Of a stretch of DNA of 64,000 nt, positions 57,120 to 64,000 are shown piece by piece (position 1 is the stretch's first letter; each line of letters opens with the position of its first letter). Under the pieces are notes generated by a model that saw only the letters and a list, made by a program, of their open reading frames with translations, had not been told where the DNA came from and made no database searches. This DNA comes from Schizochytrium sp. TIO01 (lineage: Eukaryota; Protista; Bigyra: Labyrinthulomycetes), in the NCBI GenBank assembly GCA_004764695.1, contig SMSO01000032.1, forward strand, positions 1,054,001 through 1,118,000, given 5' to 3'. Both the position numbers and the translations under genes were made by a program.

Positions 57120-58409
57120 ATGGCTTCTGCGGACGCTGCTTCCCCCTGCTGCGAAAAGCAGGCACCTCGCCAAACGAGACGTCCGCAAGGGTTTGCCATC
57201 CGTACAAAACCTGCGCTAGCCCCCGCGCTTTTGTGCCTGGCGATCCTAGGTGGTGTGTTTTGCTTGTTTGATTTAGATGGGTTCGGATATATTCTTTTGC
57301 TTCTGCGGGGCACCAAGCTTCATACCAAAATAGTAGGGTCAATTATTGGATCAAATCATGTCGTCTTGCATGATGCAGCTTCAATTCTAGGCGTTGCAGC
57401 CGCTGAACAAGAGACTTTTACTGCGGAGCAACAAACCTTGGGCTTTTTTAATCAGACAAACAGCATCAGAGAGAAGGATGGTTTTATACATGATCATCTG
57501 ACCGAATCTCGCAGGGAGCTTGTTCATGAAATCCTAGGCGTGCTGAAGAGACCTGGTGATTCTGAGGTACAGCAGGCTGTGGAGTTCCTCGTTGCGTTTA
57601 TGCCTGAAAGTGATTTGCTGATATTAAATGCAACCTACTTGGCAGAAAATGTTCGTCTTGCCATGCGAGCAAGAAAGATGTACGCAGACCGCTGGGGAGG
57701 CAAAATATCGTGGATCACATTTCTGAATGATGTCCTACCATATGCTTCTTTAGCAGAGCCTCGAGATTCCTGGCGTAATATATTTTTCAAGTACATGAGC
57801 CGGGTCGTCGATCATTGCGACACAGCCACTTGCGCCGCCTTGGCGCTAAACCAAAAGGGATGGTCAATTGTAAATCCAGCCATTGTTTTTCAAGCGGCGA
57901 AGCCAAATGAGCTGAATAGCTATTCTCCATTTCAAACGATGAGACGACATAATTCATCCTGTACCGGTCTTTCTATATTCCTTGTCGATGCTTTAAGAAG
58001 CGTGGGAATACCTGCTCGTGTTGCAGGGGTGCCACACTGGAATAAAGGTTCAGGAATATGCCCCTCTGGAGATGCTGATGCACAATGCGGGAACCACAAC
58101 TGGGTTGAGGTATTTGCTGATGGCGCATGGCATTTCATTGACCAGCGTGGTGGAAGCCATAGCTTGGATCGGGGGTGGTTTTTTCCAGGAGACACAAATT
58201 TACAAACACCAAGTGTGCAAGCCCTAAATCATTCGATATACTCCACATCATGGGCTCCAACGTCTCATGTCCAAAATTTGGATACAGAAGGGGTATACAA
58301 GGCATTTCAAGCAGCTCTCTACTTCCCTATGGTTTGGGATTGGGACAATAAGCATATCCCTGCCTGGGAATCTGTTATGTTCTATCGTAGTATTCCTCAT
58401 GATTCCTAA
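57120..58409 (+). CDS. Transglutaminase-like (Cys-His-Asp) domain protein with N-terminal membrane anchor
   Basis: FLNDVLPYA..EPRDSWR; SSCTGLSIFLVDALRSVGIPARVAG; GNHNWVEVF..WHFID. TM segment ALLCLAILGGVFCLF. First ATG at 57120. Confidence 0.88.
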   Translation: MASADAASPCCEKQAPRQTRRPQGFAIRTKPALAPALLCLAILGGVFCLFDLDGFGYILLLLRGTKLHTKIVGSIIGSNHVVLHDAASILGVAAAEQETFTAEQQTLGFFNQTNSIREKDGFIHDHLTESRRELVHEILGVLKRPGDSEVQQAVEFLVAFMPESDLLILNATYLAENVRLAMRARKMYADRWGGKISWITFLNDVLPYASLAEPRDSWRNIFFKYMSRVVDHCDTATCAALALNQKGWSIVNPAIVFQAAKPNELNSYSPFQTMRRHNSSCTGLSIFLVDALRSVGIPARVAGVPHWNKGSGICPSGDADAQCGNHNWVEVFADGAWHFIDQRGGSHSLDRGWFFPGDTNLQTPSVQALNHSIYSTSWAPTSHVQNLDTEGVYKAFQAALYFPMVWDWDNKHIPAWESVMFYRSIPHDS

Positions 58410-58706
58410 TCAAAGTGTCAACCAAGATTTTGTATGAACAAGTACATCCATTTACGTATGATCAATTATTGACAGATTGATTTAAGAAGAAATATCGCCT
58501 GCCTTATGGCTCTAACATGTGCGAGAAGAATTTTCAAGTATTGAACATATTAACTATTCTCATCTACTTATTGTTTAGAAGAAAAAATAAACGAACCACA
58601 TTTCAACTGATATATAATTTCCCGTGATCTGAGTTTTACATTAACTAGTGTCTATCAGAAAAAAGATCCCTGGGCAGCGTAAGCATGTTCACGCTTGCTT
58701 GCCTTT

Positions 58707-61313
58707 TTATACAATTAATAGAGCTTTCTTTGCTGCAGCTTGTGTAACAAGAACTGTAGGCATATGCAATGCCTCCCACTTACTTGCTCGATCGTGTTTT
58801 GCAAAACCTTCCCCAAGAGCTTTCGAAGATCCTGGACTACAGGCATTATCGAATGCTTCCTCACATGCCCCTGTCTGGTCAATAATAATCATGCCAAGCG
58901 CTCCTGCCTGTCGCACAAACTCTGCTTTATGTAGAAGTGGACAGTTGCCACGCTCTACTAGGACAATATAATCTGCCACGTCCCCTAAAAGAAGGCTGCA
59001 CGCATCTCGAGGTTCTGCAAATCGAACAACTCCATATATATCAAATGCTCGTGGAGAGTATGCAGCTGCCCAAGCGGGTATTCCTCTATAAAGGTTTTGG
59101 GGCAAATCACCGAAATCATCAGCTTTGCTTCTAAAACTTGAATCACTGGGTTCCTCTAACCATGAATTAGCTTCAGCAAGATGCACTACTACAAGTTGAA
59201 GCGCATCAGAAATCGTCACATAAATATCGGACGCTTTTCGGCTTGCTGGTAGTCCATTTATAACATGTCTCTTCTCTGACTTGACAAATTTGTGAAATGC
59301 AAGTAAAATATTTTCCGATTTTGCCTCTTGCATAATCTCCGCAGGAATGCTCTGTAAGGAGTGCCCACGAAGCGATACTTGCTGTGACGGGGGGCTTGGC
59401 CATCCAAGACCAAGTACATTCTTTGCGCGAATTCGAAATTCATAGAGGACTTCCGGCTGAAGATTGCAAAGCTCAATGCGGGCTTCCTCGTATGGAGCAG
59501 ATACACGATATATACTGTGCCAATCAGACTTCAGCGTACCATGCGCTACACTGCGATGATGTACAGTGCGTTTTTCTATAATTATCTCGCTAATATCATG
59601 TCCACCATCATCACTCGGCTCACCCCAATGAATAATGGTGCATGAAAGTGACGAATTGCTGGTGTCCAGCTTTGGGGCTAGTAGAGGCGCCAGCGGCGCT
59701 GATTCCCCAGTCGTGTCCAGCCTTTGCCAGGAAGACCATGCTCCTGGAATTCGTCGCTCTGCACTTAAAGATCGCGCACGAACCGCATAGCTTGTTGCAG
59801 AGGCAAGGCCAGCTATTTGCAAGGAAGTCCTTACCGTGGTATTGTGATGAGCTTTTACTAACAAACTCCCGAATGCTATAGGATTACAGATACGCCCTGC
59901 TATAATTGCATAAAGAGCAACATCAACATGGGCGGGGCGCCATTGCACTTCATACTCAGAAACTTGTTCCTCACGTAAAGTACTTAAGCTAACTGAGAGC
60001 CCGTGTCGCCCACTCTGATCAAGCTCCACCAAAGGCTGTGGAGGAATAATGAACCTTTTAAACATTGAAAGACGCAATTGACGTTGCCAATCTGGATATC
60101 CTCTTGATAAAGTATCATTGTTAGAAGAGGCTCCTTTGAGGCGAATCGTTGCAAAGCCCTCTGTATTGCGCCTACTTGAATAAGTGAACTGTAAAAGTTC
60201 GACCACCTCTTTACTATGATTGGATAAAGCTTGTATACGCACCAGCTCCTGCAATTCTTCATAGCTCATATTATCTATAAAACCAAATTCAATAGCTAAA
60301 GTTGAGCGTCTTGCTTTTCCACTCAGGGTACTCCGAGATGGGACGAAAAGTGTTGTACCTTCCAAAATTTCGTCTCGAAAACATGCTGTATCCACTTCTC
60401 GAAGTTTCGGATATTTTGCATAGTTTGGTTGTAATGGATTTGCAGAAAACTTAACCTTTCCAAATTCAAGCTTGGGATAAAGAAGCTGTATTGATGGCTT
60501 ATGCGGGCAAATCACTACTTCAAGTTGTCCAGACGCTACATAAACCAGACGATGCATTCCAAGTCGTTGCCACGATGGAGAAAGGACTGAATTTCGCTCA
60601 AGCTTATGGATGTATCGTGGTGCCTCCGCCAAACTTTTTGGAATCCATGCTGGTCTTGCCAGGAGATTTAAGGTGTCGCAGTCTGGTTGAATCTTTGATT
60701 CGCTATCAAGCTTTGGTGCTCGCCGGTTTCCACGTCTAAAGTTCTTCAATTGCTGGAGCTCGCAGTCAAGTAAGTTTTTCGGAACCTCTACTTTGTCGTC
60801 ATTCTCGATAACTACGGTTCGTTTTTCTGCTACAAAGTGAAGATACCAGTCCGCGATTGTCCATTCATTACTTTGGATATGAATTAGTGCAAATGCAGAT
60901 TCTGCACCTGGGGCAGGAAGCAATGGTTGTTCAGTAATACTTTTTTCTCCCTCGCAGCTTGCTATATACCAAGCTGCTTCAATTAAGTGAAACTTTTCTC
61001 GACATGGCCAATCATCTTCTTGCAAAGCAGAAAGATTTCGAAGGTTTGTTTGTGCAACGCGCCAGCAGTCATCATCATCAACACTTGGCTCAAAGAGCTT
61101 ATCCTCTGCAACTACGGGGCCTTGAAGAAACTGATTGGAAGAAATTCCGCCTGGATGTATTTCAAACACTTCTGCCAAGCCCAAACTTGCTGACTTTGCG
61201 TCCACTCTCAAAACTGGTATGCTTTGCACAACTACGAAAGCACATAGGAGTTTCTGCAGAACTGCCCAAGTTTCTTCTGAACTTAACTTTATACGCATGG
61301 GGCTGGGCAACAT
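58707..61313 (-). CDS. Secreted multidomain protein: degenerate JmjC/cupin, two fibronectin type III domains and a C-terminal PA domain
   Basis: Signal-like LLCAFVVVQSIPVLRVDA; cupin_8-like LLYP..NPLQPNYAKYP.L..EILEGTTLFVPS; FN3 YEVQW..GLASATSYAVRAR..WS and WGEPSDDGG.DI..NLQPEVLYEFRIRAKN.LG..PS; PA AEPRDACS..IVLVERGNC..KA..AGALGMII. Confidence 0.8.
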   Translation of the reverse strand: MLPSPMRIKLSSEETWAVLQKLLCAFVVVQSIPVLRVDAKSASLGLAEVFEIHPGGISSNQFLQGPVVAEDKLFEPSVDDDDCWRVAQTNLRNLSALQEDDWPCREKFHLIEAAWYIASCEGEKSITEQPLLPAPGAESAFALIHIQSNEWTIADWYLHFVAEKRTVVIENDDKVEVPKNLLDCELQQLKNFRRGNRRAPKLDSESKIQPDCDTLNLLARPAWIPKSLAEAPRYIHKLERNSVLSPSWQRLGMHRLVYVASGQLEVVICPHKPSIQLLYPKLEFGKVKFSANPLQPNYAKYPKLREVDTACFRDEILEGTTLFVPSRSTLSGKARRSTLAIEFGFIDNMSYEELQELVRIQALSNHSKEVVELLQFTYSSRRNTEGFATIRLKGASSNNDTLSRGYPDWQRQLRLSMFKRFIIPPQPLVELDQSGRHGLSVSLSTLREEQVSEYEVQWRPAHVDVALYAIIAGRICNPIAFGSLLVKAHHNTTVRTSLQIAGLASATSYAVRARSLSAERRIPGAWSSWQRLDTTGESAPLAPLLAPKLDTSNSSLSCTIIHWGEPSDDGGHDISEIIIEKRTVHHRSVAHGTLKSDWHSIYRVSAPYEEARIELCNLQPEVLYEFRIRAKNVLGLGWPSPPSQQVSLRGHSLQSIPAEIMQEAKSENILLAFHKFVKSEKRHVINGLPASRKASDIYVTISDALQLVVVHLAEANSWLEEPSDSSFRSKADDFGDLPQNLYRGIPAWAAAYSPRAFDIYGVVRFAEPRDACSLLLGDVADYIVLVERGNCPLLHKAEFVRQAGALGMIIIDQTGACEEAFDNACSPGSSKALGEGFAKHDRASKWEALHMPTVLVTQAAAKKALLIV

Positions 61314-61465
61314 CCTTCAATCCAGCGATGTGACAGAATTTTAGCTTTCCCGTTGCCCAACACAACAGCGAGCTTTGAAGTTTTGCCCACTATAAATAGA
61401 CCTTCATCTGCATCCGACTACTTTCAAAGTTCAATTTCCATTATTTAAATGTGGCCGTTTATTTA

Positions 61466-61499
61466 CGGAAATCCGATAATAATTTTCGGAAATCCGATA
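61466..61499. promoter_or_regulatory. Duplicated palindromic element CGGAAATCCGATA in a divergent promoter
   Basis: 13-bp direct repeat at 61466-61478 and 61487-61499; the core TCGGA-AA-TCCGA is an inverted repeat. Function is inferred. Confidence 0.35.
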
Positions 61500-61793
61500 C
61501 CCTGGTCATTGCTTGAGAGCACGTGTCCCAGGTGCTAGTTTTGTTAGCTGCTTCTGCGACGTATTTTGCGTATGGTGATATCAAAGAACTTTTGGGGCTC
61601 GCAGGCTTGTGCAAAGCTTTACCAAGCAAGCATTGTCGCACTTTTTTGTCATACTTCAGAAGCCGTGATATTATATTGCACAAGTAACAGGAAAACTCGC
61701 AAAATAGAGATTGTGTTTAAGGGCCGAAACTGGTTACTTCTTTTCTGTAAAGCTTTTACTTTCAGAATCAGAAAGAACGTTTATGAGGAGGCT

Positions 61794-64000
61794 ATGGCTA
61801 CGCAGGCTACGCTAGCAGCACTTCGTAAACGGAGCTCTGCTGCTGCTACTCGAGGAGTCCGTCGTGCAGGACTACACCTTGTGCGACCTAACTGGTATCC
61901 ATTTGATGAGGAGCACTTGGTAGCTGCGAAACTTGAAAAATTAAGGAAAGACGCACATCTGACCGACCTCGAACTTGTCAGTGTCCGTATTCAAGCCGTC
62001 TTTCGAGGCTTCCGTGCTCGAAAGTATGCTTCGAGAGTCTTTCATCGAAAGGTTCTTGTAAGTAAAGCGGCCTTCATTAAAGTTTCTACAGAACTGAAAC
62101 GATATCATCTTGGGTGGAGATATCTTTCAGTGCATATGGTCCTTTATACACTTGCAATATTGCTCGCTTATTTTCAGTTCGCTGCGTTCATTCCATCAGC
62201 ATATAGCCAAGAATATGCATTGCTCAATTCCTTAGACCGAGTTGGCCAGTCTGCGGGTTTCACGTACGATGAGGTATCCTCTGTTTCAGGAGCGGTAGAC
62301 TTTATCAAATACATGGCTCGTGAGTTAAACAACCCTGACCCATACTACATGGATGAGCGGAATGTGAGTGACCTGTGTATTTTCGAATCTTGCCCTTCCA
62401 ACCTTTCCGAGGCTATTGAAGAATGCACAGCAATTACAAAGTATAGCGGCTTCCTTGATCAATATAACCGGCAGCAGATCGGGCTTGTAGTGATGCAAAA
62501 TCGTCGGAAACTTGTTCCATGTAAAGCTGCTATGCGGGACATTTATCAAGAGCTTGATATAAATCACGATGATAACTCCACCAGTATGTGCGCCTCGGAG
62601 CACTCTACAAGTAGCACTTATCAGAGTCAATATGCATCCTGGTATCCGGAGATCCTCACAAACTTTTCGTTGTTCAAGGTGAATCCATTTCAGTTTGACT
62701 CAAACCTTGATTCATTTCTTGTTGCTTTTGATCTTGGGCTCTTAAATATAGAAGAAGGATTTATGGAATGCGCATTAACTTACCTTTTTGATACTGTTCA
62801 CTGGGTAGACCAAATGACCTCCGATTTATGTGCTGTGATGGTAGTTCAAAACTTAAACGGTGAAGGGCGGTACGGATATATGAACCTGTGCTTTGAAACA
62901 GATATTGGAGGTTTGGTTACATCTAAGGTTATTGTGCATTCAGCTCAGCCTTCGAGCACTTCTGTTCGTGTTGGTGCAATTTTTCTTGCAAGTATATATG
63001 CTCTCTTCGTTATCGTGAGTGCTGTGTTCGCATTCATTAAGATATTACGGAAAGTTCAGTGCAAAGTTGGCCGCTGGAAAACAAAACGCACACGTGCACC
63101 ATGCTGGCTGTCCATTCTTTTTGACCTTAGTTTGTCTTTTCTTCATGGTGTGGTAATTGTGCGTTTTTTCCAGTATGAAACGGCAAGTGATTTTACACCT
63201 TTTATCGGAGCAGATATGGAAGACATATTGATTGGCGTCAATAAAATTGTATCTTTCATTCAGGGCGTGACATTTACCCGAAATATATACGCCGTCCTTC
63301 TCATCTTCATGGTCATTCGTACGATTCAGCATCTTGACTTTCACCCTGACACGGGTATTATCTCTCGAACACTTGGTAGAGCTTCTTCGGATATTTATTC
63401 CTTCGTGTTTGTGTTTTTGGTACTTGTTCTTTCGTATGCATATGTAGGCCTTCTCATGTACAGTCCCTATGGCTCAGCCTTCTCATCGTTTTACGAATCT
63501 GTCAAAACTCTTCTCTTTGTATCAATGGGTGAATTTGATGACGCAATGGAAATTATTTTCTCGACGACCATACAAATAGATAGTGGCGTGGCGCAAGTTT
63601 ACTTTTGGACGTATGTCTTCTTTACAACACTGGTTCTTTTCAATATTCTACTGAGTATTGTTGTAGAAAGCTTTGTCACTTTTCAAGAGCACTGCAGAGC
63701 ATCCCCCACGATCACCTTTCGTCAGAGCTTACTTTTAGCTCTGGATATATTAAGATATGACATGGTGTACTTTTACTGGCCTCAGTTTAAACTTTGCATT
63801 CACAGTATTCGCAAAGACAAAGGAAAGCAACAAACAATATCCAAACCTGAAGCTGTATCTGCTTTGACGACTGCACATGCAGCTGCCGTTGGTACAGCCG
63901 GAACCACATCTACAGGAGTAAACCCAGTAATAACGACAGGAAGGGTTAATTTCTCTTCTCCTTCCGCCTCTTCCTCTTTGGGATACCTAGAGGCGGTTTC
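61794..64000 (+). CDS. Polycystin-2/TRPP-like cation channel with N-terminal IQ motif, truncated by the window end
   Basis: Manual translation from ATG 61794 stays open to 64000. IQ motif VRIQAVFRGFRARK; S1; TOP domain (NRQQIGLVVMQNR, WVDQMT, FETDIGG); S4-S5 IRTIQHLDFHPDTGIISRTLGRASSDI; pore FSSFYESVKTLLFVSMGEFD; S6 YFWTYVFFTTLVLFNILLSIVVESF. Missing from the ORF track because there is no stop in the window. Confidence 0.9.
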   Translation, partial: MATQATLAALRKRSSAAATRGVRRAGLHLVRPNWYPFDEEHLVAAKLEKLRKDAHLTDLELVSVRIQAVFRGFRARKYASRVFHRKVLVSKAAFIKVSTELKRYHLGWRYLSVHMVLYTLAILLAYFQFAAFIPSAYSQEYALLNSLDRVGQSAGFTYDEVSSVSGAVDFIKYMARELNNPDPYYMDERNVSDLCIFESCPSNLSEAIEECTAITKYSGFLDQYNRQQIGLVVMQNRRKLVPCKAAMRDIYQELDINHDDNSTSMCASEHSTSSTYQSQYASWYPEILTNFSLFKVNPFQFDSNLDSFLVAFDLGLLNIEEGFMECALTYLFDTVHWVDQMTSDLCAVMVVQNLNGEGRYGYMNLCFETDIGGLVTSKVIVHSAQPSSTSVRVGAIFLASIYALFVIVSAVFAFIKILRKVQCKVGRWKTKRTRAPCWLSILFDLSLSFLHGVVIVRFFQYETASDFTPFIGADMEDILIGVNKIVSFIQGVTFTRNIYAVLLIFMVIRTIQHLDFHPDTGIISRTLGRASSDIYSFVFVFLVLVLSYAYVGLLMYSPYGSAFSSFYESVKTLLFVSMGEFDDAMEIIFSTTIQIDSGVAQVYFWTYVFFTTLVLFNILLSIVVESFVTFQEHCRASPTITFRQSLLLALDILRYDMVYFYWPQFKLCIHSIRKDKGKQQTISKPEAVSALTTAHAAAVGTAGTTSTGVNPVITTGRVNFSSPSASSSLGYLEAV

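Noticed and set aside
1-64000. tRNA, rRNA, snRNA, CRISPR array or endogenous virus genes
   Set aside because: No diagnostic motifs found by eye. tRNAscan-SE and Infernal would be needed to exclude small RNAs formally.

Overview
Eukaryotic nuclear DNA with compact, intron-poor genes and microsatellite-rich intergenic tracts. Gene content and style suggest a flagellated stramenopile, probably a thraustochytrid such as Aurantiochytrium (inference, not verified). About 18 protein-coding loci, in order: mitochondrial bL27; a 1720-aa protein with EF-hand-like, IQ-like and Sfi1-like repeats plus a jacalin domain; CFAP221; RNF32; a small 2-TM orphan; an MDR/RTN4IP1-like oxidoreductase (1 intron); pecanex (PCNX4-like); an AP2 transcription factor with about 10.9 kb of gene-free upstream DNA; GlcNAc-6-P deacetylase; SENP8 (1 intron); purple acid phosphatase; BCAS3/ATG18-like; TFIIIC subunit 5 (1 intron); a stand-alone MHYT sensor; an orphan ORF with an internal TAG; a bacterial-type transglutaminase-like protein; a secreted pseudo-JmjC/FN3/PA protein; and an IQ-bearing polycystin-2-like channel that runs off the right edge and is absent from the ORF track. 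A decayed pogo-like transposase fragment lies at the left edge. The most notable observations are two otherwise intact genes (nagA/AMDHD2 and MHYT) that each need a +1 frame change near the 5' end, the nagA one within 12 nt that include a GAC-TGA-C site; unusual domain fusions; and a three-gene block of probable calmodulin/centrin-binding flagellar genes. No rRNA, tRNA or CRISPR array was recognised. All family calls come from motif recognition by eye, not database searches.
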